64,000 nucleotides of DNA from a virus. Taxonomy: Duplodnaviria; Heunggongvirae; Uroviricota; Caudoviricetes. Positions 8,620-16,199 of the stretch are shown in pieces. Where the stretch lies: IMG/VR virus record IMGVR_UViG_3300028610_000968; one strand, given 5' to 3'. Positions within the stretch are counted from its first letter, which is position 1. Each line of letters opens with the position of its first letter. A program made the position numbers and the translations under genes. Below the pieces are notes generated by a model. It saw nothing but the letters and a program-made list of their open reading frames with translations, was not told the DNA's origin and searched no databases.

Positions 8620-8694
8620 TGGAATGTGATGGATTCGAACCACCGGCTAATGAGTTATCGGCTCACTGCTCTGGCCGGACTGAGCTAACATTCC
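8620..8694 (-). tRNA. tRNA-Ile(GAT)
   Basis: GGAATGT/ACATTCC, GTGAG-CCGATAA-CTCAT. Confidence 0.85.
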
Positions 8695-8765
8695 TGGGCA
8701 CGAGTATTCTTATCTCTTTATTTCCCGCACACCCAGTTAGTGTACACCTTTAGATACTGGGCCGG

Positions 8766-8838
8766 TGGAAGTAGAGGGAGTCAAACCCCCGACCTTCGGC
8801 TTGCAAAGCCGCCGCTCTCTCAACTGAGCTATACCCCC
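8766..8838 (-). tRNA. tRNA-Ala(TGC)
   Basis: GGGGGTA/TACTTCC with G3:U70; GCGGC-TTTGCAA-GCCGA. Confidence 0.9.
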
Positions 8839-8904
8839 TTGTGGTGACTGATTTGACCAGGCTGGCTCAATCACCGAAGCCTATCGAGGTAGCGAACCCG
8901 ATTG

Positions 8905-8976
8905 TGGGCAATACTGGATTTGAACCAGTGACATCCTGCTTGTAGAGCAGGCGCTCTCCCCCTGAGCTAATCGCCC
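8905..8976 (-). tRNA. tRNA-Val(TAC)
   Basis: GGGCGAT/ATTGCCC, CCTGC-TCTACAA-GCAGG. Confidence 0.9.
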
Positions 8977-9500
8977 TCTTTTGACTTCTTTATATCTTTT
9001 GTCCTGTGTGGCAAATTATATTTTTTACACCATTTTCGTATAGCATTATCACTGACTCCATACATTTTCCCAATTGACAGAAAACTAGAGTTGAATATAA
9101 GTTTATCAAGTTCTTCTTTACTTGGTCTTAAAACCTTTCTTGCAGCTAAATCAGCACAGTCATGGCTACAATATTTTTGAACGGTGTTAGTTCTTTTGAA
9201 CTTTTTTCCACAAACTAAACATAACATCAATTTAGAAGATTCAGTCTGATAAGTACCATCACCATTATCAATTAATCTGCCACCCCTATGATACCTTGCA
9301 TGAGCTGCTAAAGTAGAAAAGATCATCAAATTATCTGGATTGTTATTCTTCTTGTCACCGTCTATGTGATGTACAGTTTCTCTTCCTTCTAGAAACCTTC
9401 CTATCTTTTTTTCGGCCACAATTATATGTTCGTATCTATATCTACTATCCATCAATGTGCCTTCAGATGATTTTATATACACATACTTATTACTTGGCAA
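8967..9500 (-). CDS. HNH homing endonuclease with Zn-ribbon and C-terminal HTH
   Basis: YEHIIVAEKKIGR.L...VHHIDGDKKNNNPDNL; CLVC..CSHDC; GKMYGVSDNAIRKWC; stop lies inside tRNA-Val. Confidence 0.9.
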   Translation of the reverse strand: MPSNKYVYIKSSEGTLMDSRYRYEHIIVAEKKIGRFLEGRETVHHIDGDKKNNNPDNLMIFSTLAAHARYHRGGRLIDNGDGTYQTESSKLMLCLVCGKKFKRTNTVQKYCSHDCADLAARKVLRPSKEELDKLIFNSSFLSIGKMYGVSDNAIRKWCKKYNLPHRTKDIKKSKEGD

Positions 9501-9515
9501 TCTTTCTCACTTCCT

Positions 9516-9548
9516 AGCTGCCACTCTGCACTACTGAGTTACTCACCT
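9516..9548 (-). pseudogene. Orphan tRNA 5' half upstream of HNH
   Basis: AGGTGAG-TA-ACTC-AGTAGTGCA-GAGT-G-GCAGC-T followed by purine-rich RBS-like sequence. Confidence 0.6.
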
Positions 9549-9718
9549 AAATGTTTCTCAAAAAATTCTTTTATAATCTTCTCTAATTTATCATTTTCTA
9601 CATAGTACAACCAAGTCTCAAATCCGTGAGGTTGTGGTACGCCATGTGGAGCATTTGAAATTATCTGCCCCAACCTAAGATTATGTATCTTTTCTTTCGG
9701 TATAATTCTATCACTCAT
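9539..9718 (-). CDS. Hypothetical protein (~59 aa)
   Basis: Manual: ...NLRLGQIISNAPHG...WLYYVENDKLEKIIKEFF; stop inside the orphan tRNA half. Confidence 0.5.
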   Translation of the reverse strand: MSDRIIPKEKIHNLRLGQIISNAPHGVPQPHGFETWLYYVENDKLEKIIKEFFEKHLGE

Positions 9719-10293
9719 TATGGTTTACGCCTTATCTCCAAGCCCACTACGTTTCCTAATAGTTCCCAACCATCTTCAGGGTTCATATTCTCTTCACCGT
9801 AGAAGTTAATTCCCCAGTGAGCATTTGTGTGGTCTGTACCATCATCACCAGGAACCCAATCATGTGACATTACAACGCCACCACTCTTAACAAACGGTAT
9901 GAACTTCTCATAGTCCAACTTAACCATTTCTGGTATGTGACAACCATCAATTATAAGTAAATCTATTTCTTTTTCCCACTCTACATCTTGGCTTCTTCCA
10001 GTAATGATATTAGTTTCTAAACCTAATTCTTCTAAGGTAGCTCTAAATTCTTCTTCAGAGTTCCCCAACGACCAATCATCTATGCCATAAGTCTCAAAAC
10101 CTTTTTCTTTGGCTACATAGGTCAGCACAGAAGTTGTTATCCCCCTACATATGCCTATCTCCAAAGCAACGTCACCTTTGCCCAATTGTGCAGCACAGTC
10201 ATACACAGCTTCTCTTTGCCCCATACTCATGGAATAGATTATATCTATATCTTTTGTAAGATTTATTATCTCTTTGAAATTCAAACTACACAC
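9718..10293 (-). CDS. Class I SAM-dependent methyltransferase (Methyltransf_24-like)
   Basis: ALEIGICRG, IDLLIIDGCH, GGVVMSHD. Confidence 0.85.
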   Translation of the reverse strand: MCSLNFKEIINLTKDIDIIYSMSMGQREAVYDCAAQLGKGDVALEIGICRGITTSVLTYVAKEKGFETYGIDDWSLGNSEEEFRATLEELGLETNIITGRSQDVEWEKEIDLLIIDGCHIPEMVKLDYEKFIPFVKSGGVVMSHDWVPGDDGTDHTNAHWGINFYGEENMNPEDGWELLGNVVGLEIRRKP

Positions 10294-11038
10294 CCAAAGT
10301 TTCTAAACGATTACTTACCTCTAATTTTGCTGGTGAACCATCCCTTAGTGTAGGATTAATGGCATTAAATACATTGTACTTGGTCGTAAGTTTTGCACTA
10401 ATTGAATGCAACACAATGGTGTTGAGCAATTCCCAACTAACTTCAGCCCATTTGTGTGCAGCTAAGATACCATCTGAAGGACATAAACCAGGCCAATTAA
10501 CTCTCAATACTATACTCTCTAATCCCTTGGCTTTCTCTACTTCTTTTTCAGCAACAACTTTACTTCTGGCATATAAGTTCAGTTCATCCCAGTTGGCCTC
10601 ATGACTTAACGGAATGGGGTAACTTTCTGGTTCTACAAATCCACCATCAAAGCCGTACAGAGCACCTGTTGAAAAGTAAATAATTCTCTCACAAGGTTTA
10701 CCTGCTTGTGCTGTTACTCTTTTCTTCTGAGATTTACTTGTAGTCTTAACCTTTGTTGGGGTATTTGCTTTCTTCATAGCAGCTAGAACAGCTTTAGTCC
10801 CACCAACATTAAGTCTCTCAAATTCTTCCCATGATTTACTTGGGTCAAAATGTGGAATAGCAGCAGTGTGGATAACTGCATCATTACCTTTGATTCTCTT
10901 TGCTAAAGCAGTGGTATCAAAAATATCATCACCATCTGCAATATCATAGATGTCTACTTCTACGCCACTCTCTCTCAGGAAAGGGATAATTTGCCCACAC
11001 AAAAATCCTCTTCCTCCTGTTACTAATACTTTACTCAA
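10286..11038 (-). CDS. NAD-dependent epimerase/dehydratase (extended SDR)
   Basis: VLVTGGRGFLC, HTAA, YxxxK (YARSK). Confidence 0.85.
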   Translation of the reverse strand: MSKVLVTGGRGFLCGQIIPFLRESGVEVDIYDIADGDDIFDTTALAKRIKGNDAVIHTAAIPHFDPSKSWEEFERLNVGGTKAVLAAMKKANTPTKVKTTSKSQKKRVTAQAGKPCERIIYFSTGALYGFDGGFVEPESYPIPLSHEANWDELNLYARSKVVAEKEVEKAKGLESIVLRVNWPGLCPSDGILAAHKWAEVSWELLNTIVLHSISAKLTTKYNVFNAINPTLRDGSPAKLEVSNRLETLGV

Positions 11039-11066
11039 AATACATCATCCTTTTCTTTTTTATTTG

Positions 11067-11137
11067 CAGGTGATAGAGGAATCGAACCCCTGTCTTTCGT
11101 TTTGGAGACGACTATAATACCCCTATACGAATCACCT
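11067..11137 (-). tRNA. tRNA-Trp(CCA)
   Basis: AGGTGAT/ATCACCT, G73, loop CTCCAAA. Confidence 0.85.
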
Positions 11138-11141
11138 ATAG

Positions 11142-11214
11142 CGACAGCAAAGGGAGTCGAACCCTCACCAACTTCCTCGACAGGGAAGTGCTCTAACCGT
11201 TAAGCTATACTGCC
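11142..11214 (-). tRNA. tRNA-Asp(GTC)
   Basis: GGCAGTA/TGCTGTC, CTTCC-CTGTCGA-GGAAG. Confidence 0.88.
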
Positions 11215-11385
11215 TTATATCTTTTTTATGTCTGTTACTACTTCTATATTTATGGTTTTAGATTCATACAGTTTATTCACAGCTTTTTTGGCTGTAGATG
11301 CTGAAACAACACGAGAACCTTCTTCTGGTGTCATGTAAGGACAATCTACAAAATGCCACATATATGATATAAAATATTCATTCAT
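11215..11385 (-). CDS. Hypothetical protein (56 aa) sandwiched exactly between tRNA-Arg and tRNA-Asp
   Basis: Manual: MNEYFISYMWHFVDCPY...; ATG at tRNA-Arg position 76, TAA adjacent to tRNA-Asp G1. Confidence 0.55.
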   Translation of the reverse strand: MNEYFISYMWHFVDCPYMTPEEGSRVVSASTAKKAVNKLYESKTINIEVVTDIKKI

Positions 11386-11387
11386 AG

Positions 11388-11461
11388 TCTGCCAGAAGAG
11401 ATTTGAACTCCTAGTCTCAGGGGTAGAAACCCTGCGCCTTCTCCAGTTAGACCACTGGCAG
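11388..11461 (-). tRNA. tRNA-Arg(TCT)
   Basis: CTGCCAG/CTGGCAG, CAGGG-TTTCTAC-CCCTG. Confidence 0.85.
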
Positions 11462-11466
11462 TTAAT

Positions 11467-11985
11467 TTACTCTTTAAAAATTCTTACAACATTCTCAGAT
11501 ATAGCTGTTCCAATTTCTTCAGTTTCTCTTGAAAGTTGTATTTCTCTAACAATTTTACTTCTACACTTCTGGCTACAACTAGTAAATCCTAATCCTTTTC
11601 TTGAGGGAACAAGATGTGTATTTCCAAACTTCCTTACAAAAACCTTACCACACCCAGGACATTTCAACTCCACCATTTTCCTACCTGTCCTCATATGTCT
11701 AGCAGAGTGTTCTTTTTTGTCTAACAATTCTAGATTTTCTAATCTATTATCTTTTTTATCTCCATTTATATGGTGAACAACTTCTTCTGGAGTCAATAGC
11801 CTGCCAAGATGATTTTCCATTATGACTCTGTGCCATAAAACATAACCCCAATCAGTACTATTCGGATGTTCTGGAAGAACAGCGTAGTAATAATCTCCTT
11901 TACTAACTACTCTAGTAACTCTCCATAATTTTCTAGCTTCTGCCTCAGCTGTTCTTCTTAAAGATTCTTCTACTGTTATTTTCAT
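11467..11985 (-). CDS. HNH homing endonuclease
   Basis: YVLWHRVIMENHLGR.L...VHHINGDKKDNRLENL; CPGC..CSQKC. Confidence 0.9.
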   Translation of the reverse strand: MKITVEESLRRTAEAEARKLWRVTRVVSKGDYYYAVLPEHPNSTDWGYVLWHRVIMENHLGRLLTPEEVVHHINGDKKDNRLENLELLDKKEHSARHMRTGRKMVELKCPGCGKVFVRKFGNTHLVPSRKGLGFTSCSQKCRSKIVREIQLSRETEEIGTAISENVVRIFKE

Positions 11986-12000
11986 ATTATCATCTACTCA

Positions 12001-12030
12001 CGTTGCTCTGTCCAATTGAGCTACAGTCGG
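12001..12030 (-). pseudogene. Orphan tRNA-Arg-type 5' half upstream of HNH
   Basis: CCGACTG-TA-GCTC-AATTGGACA-GAGC-A-ACG; no matching 3' half seen. Confidence 0.65.
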
Positions 12031-12184
12031 TTATTTCTTTAATCTGCGCCAATTCTTTATCGGATGAAAATAATAATAAGTCGCTTCTTTCACCTGTTTT
12101 ATTAACCACTTCATAATAATGGACTTCTACAAAAGTAGCAGAAACTATTATCTGAGGGGTTCATAGTCCCACATCTAGAACACT

Positions 12185-12466
12185 TCATTTAATCCTAATA
12201 TCCATTCTATCTGGAAGCTTGTTAACTAGTTCTACTAATACATCACCATGACAATCTTTAGGTTTACACCAACACCCAAGAACTTTACCCTCTAGCTCAT
12301 GCAAATCTGCCATTAGTTCTTTATTCATAGTAATCCATTCACAGTATTTACCTATAACTCGTTTTCTATCTCCGTCACGACCAAGGATGAATGGATTACC
12401 CCACTTAGTTCTTCTATCTATTAATATATCGTATGATTCTTTTTGACAGTGTACTACTCTAGTCAT
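12185..12466 (-). CDS. DUF4326-family protein
   Basis: IDRRTKWGNPF...GDR..VI.KY...L.GKVLGCWCKPKDCHGDVL. Confidence 0.85.
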   Translation of the reverse strand: MTRVVHCQKESYDILIDRRTKWGNPFILGRDGDRKRVIGKYCEWITMNKELMADLHELEGKVLGCWCKPKDCHGDVLVELVNKLPDRMDIRIK

Positions 12467-12665
12467 TATCGTGTAACTCCTTATCACAAATAGGGCAAAA
12501 TAAACGAATAACAGGGCCACGCCACTCTCCACCATAGCTACCAATCTCGTCCATGTATCTCTGATTACTTGTCCGTATATCTCTCATTGTTGGTTGCACT
12601 GTATTCTTACACTCTTTACATTCGAGTAATGGGTCACGTTCTGCATCTATATTAAAATCAGTCAT
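12459..12665 (-). CDS. Hypothetical Zn-ribbon protein
   Basis: CKEC...CPIC. Confidence 0.55.
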   Translation of the reverse strand: MTDFNIDAERDPLLECKECKNTVQPTMRDIRTSNQRYMDEIGSYGGEWRGPVIRLFCPICDKELHDND

Positions 12666-12796
12666 CTAATTCCCTACAATCCATAATATCTTCATTTATA
12701 CATTTCTCATGGAAATAAATATAGTACCCGGCAGAGTCTTCTCTTTGCCAACTATCCCTGTCTTTCATATCAATAGGTTCTCTACAAAGAGTACAG

Positions 12797-13012
12797 TTAG
12801 GCACGAAGTTCACTCCTCAATTCAAAATAATTATCACAGTACCAATTAGGAACAGCTAAAAACTGGTGAGGAACTGGATGGCCTTCTTTATTCCATATTT
12901 TAATAGCTTCTTCAAATGCTTTACAGTACCTATGCTCACATGTCCAACAACATCTTTTCGTTATAAAATTATCTTTTTCCCAATTCTCTCTTACATAATC
13001 TCTAGGTTCCAT
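12797..13012 (-). CDS. Hypothetical Cys-rich protein
   Basis: CCWTCEHRYC; packed in operon. Confidence 0.55.
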   Translation of the reverse strand: MEPRDYVRENWEKDNFITKRCCWTCEHRYCKAFEEAIKIWNKEGHPVPHQFLAVPNWYCDNYFELRSELRA

Positions 13013-13300
13013 CTACTTAGCCTCTAACTCTTTAATATAAGTTATAAGTTCAAGTGATTCATGATAAGTCAGTCCTGCTACCAAATCTCTCAGTCTTTCT
13101 TCCATACCCTCAACATCTGGTCTGCCCACTATACTCGCCTTAATTGGAGGAGTACTATTTTTTGGGCCTCTCTTGGCTCCAAATACTTTTTGTTTTCTAC
13201 TTGGTCTCTCACCTGTTCCACCACAAGCATGGCATGGTGCAAAGTTATCATATTCTCCACTACCACCACAAGCAAAACATTTCTCAGCCACGGAACTCAC
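13013..13300 (-). CDS. Protein with DnaJ-type Zn-finger repeats
   Basis: CFACGGSG...CHACGGTG. Confidence 0.6.
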   Translation of the reverse strand: MSSVAEKCFACGGSGEYDNFAPCHACGGTGERPSRKQKVFGAKRGPKNSTPPIKASIVGRPDVEGMEERLRDLVAGLTYHESLELITYIKELEAK

Positions 13301-13784
13301 TTCTTAAATCCATCATTATTTGTGCAAAGGTAGGATTAGGAATAGATACTGAATCTGGTAATCTTTCACCTTTACTATTCCATAGTATATGAGTTATTGG
13401 TCTATCTCCTGTATCAAATAATAGTTTCAAAATATCGTGATTACTCATCAGTTTGTACCTAACAGCCAGTTTCATCAAACCCCAATGTTTAGGGCTGCCG
13501 ACCTCATATAGCTTTCCCCAAAGTTCAAATGTGGTGGCTCTTTCACCATATGTGTAGAGTAACTGAGCTTTATCGCCATACCTCTTAGCTTCTACTCCAT
13601 AAAGTTTGTTGACCTTCTTTCTCTCCCTGCGGCTTGGGAATTTAAGACCTTGCCAAAATCCTTCAACAGAGTTGTACTTGCGTGACCCCACACTAATGTA
13701 GAATGGAGAGTAAGCTAAGTTGCTCAACATACGTTCTGTTAAATCATTACTTTGTGAATTTATATTTACTGGTTCATTGCTCAT
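13284..13784 (-). CDS. NADAR-superfamily protein
   Basis: LSNLAYSPF...YNSVEGFWQGLKF...AKRYG...KLM.NHDILKLLFDTG. Confidence 0.75.
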   Translation of the reverse strand: MSNEPVNINSQSNDLTERMLSNLAYSPFYISVGSRKYNSVEGFWQGLKFPSRRERKKVNKLYGVEAKRYGDKAQLLYTYGERATTFELWGKLYEVGSPKHWGLMKLAVRYKLMSNHDILKLLFDTGDRPITHILWNSKGERLPDSVSIPNPTFAQIMMDLRSEFRG

Positions 13785-14043
13785 ATTTTTTTATATTCAT
13801 CGGACACCAATCAGGTAAATCCAAATCTTCCTTTTCCTCCCTAGACAACAAGCACTCATACATACTGAGGCTTGCCATATGACATTGTAAACATTTTTGC
13901 AATTTTCTGTAGTCACTCCTGATTTCAGAACAATCACAACAATTACAACAACCATCATACCTTTTGCCCTTTTTATGATTTTTTATAAACTCTTTCCAAA
14001 GAATTGTATTGCCAACTAGTATATTTATTTCACCTTTTTGCAT
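13774..14043 (-). CDS. Hypothetical Cys-rich protein
   Basis: ATG at tRNA-Phe position 76; CCNCCDC, LPDWCPM. Confidence 0.55.
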   Translation of the reverse strand: MQKGEINILVGNTILWKEFIKNHKKGKRYDGCCNCCDCSEIRSDYRKLQKCLQCHMASLSMYECLLSREEKEDLDLPDWCPMNIKKYEQ

Positions 14044-14045
14044 AG

Positions 14046-14118
14046 TCGAGACGAAAGGAATCGAACCTCTGTCGCGTAGGGCTTCAACCTACCGCTCTAC
14101 CACTAGAGCTACGTCTCG
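14046..14118 (-). tRNA. tRNA-Phe(GAA)
   Basis: CGAGACG/CGTCTCG, GTAGG-TTGAAGC-CCTAC. Confidence 0.88.
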
Positions 14119-14122
14119 GGGC

Positions 14123-14194
14123 GCAGGGTGGTGGGACTTTAACCCACGGCCTCCTGAGTCGTACCCAGGTGCTCTTTCTCTGAGCTACACCCCG
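14123..14194 (-). tRNA. Atypical tRNA, anticodon ACG (Arg) on a Pro-like body; possible pseudo-tRNA
   Basis: CGGGGTG/CACCCTG, C73, loop GTACGAC, abnormal T-loop TTAAAGT. Confidence 0.55.
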
Positions 14195-14199
14195 CATTG

Positions 14200-14274
14200 T
14201 CTAGATGGTAGGATTCGAACCCACGACTTCCCGGCCCCAAACCGGGCGCTCTTACCAAACTGAGCTACACCCAG
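14200..14274 (-). tRNA. tRNA-Pro(TGG)
   Basis: CTGGGTG/CATCTAG, CCCGG-TTTGGGG-CCGGG. Confidence 0.9.
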
Positions 14275-14284
14275 ATATTAATCT

Positions 14285-14431
14285 TTAATAACGTTTCTCA
14301 TCCTTCTTATTAATGCCACACACTGTACATCTATGGCCTATGTTTGATTCATTGTGAAGTCTGCGTTGACGACCATACCTTTTATCCTGGTACTCATGCT
14401 CGCATGTACACATTTTAACTACTGTTGCCAT
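14285..14431 (-). CDS. Small Zn-binding hypothetical protein
   Basis: AGGAG RBS; CTCEHEYQDKRYG...LHN...CTVC. Confidence 0.6.
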   Translation of the reverse strand: MATVVKMCTCEHEYQDKRYGRQRRLHNESNIGHRCTVCGINKKDEKRY

Positions 14432-14563
14432 TTTACTCTCCTTTAATGTTGTTCTGGCCTGCCTAGAGGGAGGTACGTCTACTACTATAAAACCTGCTTC
14501 GGTCAAATAGCACACCAATTGGAACTCCCCCACAGGACTTACACGCCAGAAATCTTTTATAAA

Positions 14564-14836
14564 TTACTCACTGCTTCGCCTTAAATCCAAACCTAATACT
14601 CCTAATACTGGTTTAGCGAATTTATCATGGCCTACCGTCGCTCCCAAAAGTCCAACAAAAGCTGTAGCTGCCGCTGTTACTGTTAAATCAACTTGCCCAG
14701 TCAGCACCGCAAGAGCCACTGCTCCAACAGTTGAACCAATAGCAATCAATTCTACAGCCGTATTTTTGAAGATGTATTTAGATACCTGAGTAGACACCCA
14801 AATACCAGCTCCAAAAGTTAATGCTAAATCTAACAT
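14564..14836 (-). CDS. Small membrane protein (holin-like)
   Basis: Three hydrophobic segments, basic C-terminus, GGGAGGGG RBS. Confidence 0.5.
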   Translation of the reverse strand: MLDLALTFGAGIWVSTQVSKYIFKNTAVELIAIGSTVGAVALAVLTGQVDLTVTAAATAFVGLLGATVGHDKFAKPVLGVLGLDLRRSSE

Positions 14837-14868
14837 ATATTATATCACCCCTCCCGAGTTTGATGTAG

Positions 14869-14943
14869 AGCTGATGGTAGGATTTGAACCCACGACTCCC
14901 TCATTACAAGTGAGGAACTCTGGCCTGACTGAGTTACACCAGC
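14869..14943 (-). tRNA. tRNA-Thr(TGT)
   Basis: GCTGGTG/CATCAGC, CCTCA-CTTGTAA-TGAGG. Confidence 0.9.
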
Positions 14944-14957
14944 ATATATATTATTTG

Positions 14958-15030
14958 GGTGACAGGAGGGACTCGAACCCTCGTACCAGAGGCCACAACT
15001 CTGTGTCTATACCTACTTGACTACTGCCAC
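14958..15030 (-). tRNA. tRNA-His(GTG)
   Basis: GTGGCAG/CTGTCAC, C73, CAGAG-TTGTGGC-CTCTG; position -1 is T. Confidence 0.88.
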
Positions 15031-15032
15031 AG

Positions 15033-15118
15033 TGGAAACGGTAGGAGTCGAACCTACGAAGCCCTTTCGCAACGGCGGGGTTACAGCCCGCATCCTTTAA
15101 CCACTTGGATACACTTCC
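15033..15118 (-). tRNA. tRNA-Tyr(GTA)
   Basis: GGAAGTG/CGTTTCC, GCGGG-CTGTAAC-CCCGC, long variable arm. Confidence 0.9.
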
Positions 15119-15505
15119 TTAATTAACTAAAAACTTTTTATACAATAAACCTAAATTTATAGTTGCTCTTTCTTTGCCAGTTAATATTGCTGTGGGTATC
15201 AAGTACTCCTCAAAATCCCCAGTAACTACAAAAATAAAATCAACACTATCCACATCAAACAGTTTTACAGTGTTTCTGCTCTTATTACCACCATTAACTC
15301 TCAAATCAACTTTGTAAACGCCACACTCAGACTTCAAACTAGTGTACTTAACTTCAACTTTGCCTAAAGTTTTAGTGTTTATTCTTTCTATAACTAAATC
15401 ATAGGATTGACTATCATTTAATGGAATAGAAACTATATAACCATTACCAGTGAACCAAGCTATAGCTCTACCTAAAGCAATATTTCCTTTTTCTTTTGTG
15501 TTCAT
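15119..15505 (-). CDS. PD-(D/E)XK endonuclease (PDDEXK_5 / group I intron-associated type), free-standing
   Basis: KEKGNIALGRAIAWF...VSIPLNDSQSYDLVI...KVEVK...DFIFVV. Confidence 0.8.
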   Translation of the reverse strand: MNTKEKGNIALGRAIAWFTGNGYIVSIPLNDSQSYDLVIERINTKTLGKVEVKYTSLKSECGVYKVDLRVNGGNKSRNTVKLFDVDSVDFIFVVTGDFEEYLIPTAILTGKERATINLGLLYKKFLVN

Positions 15506-15507
15506 AG

Positions 15508-15584
15508 CGGAAATGATAGGATTCAAACCTACACAGCTGTTGCGGATGCGCCCACCCTTGAGTTCATCAATACTCAGCATTTCC
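15508..15584 (-). ncRNA. tRNA-like RNA with a 4-nt loop in place of the anticodon loop
   Basis: GGAAATG/CATTTCC-G; GAGT/ACTC D stem; GGGTG-GGCG-CATCC; GTAGG-TTTGAAT-CCTAT. Confidence 0.7.
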
Positions 15585-15588
15585 AGGC

Positions 15589-15715
15589 GGCTCCTTCTCG
15601 GGGTCGCACAACCCTCTCCGGAGCCTTCACGTGATTTGTGCGAGGCCAACGTTATCGGGAAACATCCCAGGCACAACGCATGGCCAACTCATTCTACCCA
15701 TACGGTAGGTGAGTT
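15589..15715 (-). ncRNA. Candidate structured RNA (three hairpins plus a possible pseudoknot)
   Basis: AACTCA/TGAGTT, GGCCA/TGGCC, GGCTCC/GGAGCC stems; loop TGTGCG complementary to linker CGCACA. Confidence 0.5.
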
Positions 15716-15717
15716 TG

Positions 15718-15789
15718 AGAAAGTGGATGGAATCGAACCATCCTTAATGGCTTTGCAGGCCATCCCCCACTGCCAGTAGGCTCACTTTC
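15718..15789 (-). tRNA. tRNA-Cys(GCA)
   Basis: GAAAGTG/CACTTTC, U73, ATGGC-CTGCAAA-GCCAT. Confidence 0.9.
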
Positions 15790-16197
15790 TTATTCTAAAA
15801 ATTCTCTAGCTTCATCCTCATAGGGTTCGTATGTTATCTTCCTATCTGCTAATTCTGCTAACACCATAGTTAACAACGGAACCCAACCAATCATGCTCTG
15901 CTCTGACGCATAGTATTTACTACAACTGTATAATTTTTCTCCAGTTGATGCGTAAACACCAAAGTAATTGTATCCATGTTGGACTACCTTACAGTCTGGA
16001 TTTTCTTTTATTACTTTGTATAGTCTTGATTCTTTAACATCCACAACTACGTCCTTGTACTCTCCACAGGATTCAGTCAGAGCGCCTATTTTTTTCCTCA
16101 ACATATTCATACAAAAATGAAAGCTTAGGCAATTCCCACATAGAGTCATACCTTGTAGTTTTTTCAACATCTTATCTGAGACCAATTTCTTACTCAT
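15790..16197 (-). CDS. Hypothetical protein
   Basis: 135-aa ORF; stop abuts tRNA-Cys G1. Confidence 0.6.
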   Translation of the reverse strand: MSKKLVSDKMLKKLQGMTLCGNCLSFHFCMNMLRKKIGALTESCGEYKDVVVDVKESRLYKVIKENPDCKVVQHGYNYFGVYASTGEKLYSCSKYYASEQSMIGWVPLLTMVLAELADRKITYEPYEDEAREFLE

Positions 16198-16199
16198 TC

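Noticed and set aside
7642-12030. Trans-spliced or intron-split tRNAs from the orphan 5' halves
   Set aside because: By eye I found no complementary 3' halves in this window; the rest of the genome is untested.
14452-14551. SRP (4.5S) RNA assignment
   Set aside because: It contains GAAGCAG but lacks the CAGG...GGAA helix-8 signature.
15119-15715. Group I intron housing the PD-(D/E)XK nuclease
   Set aside because: The ORF is bounded directly by complete tRNA-like genes; the adjacent structured RNA is too short and I saw no intron core or split exons.
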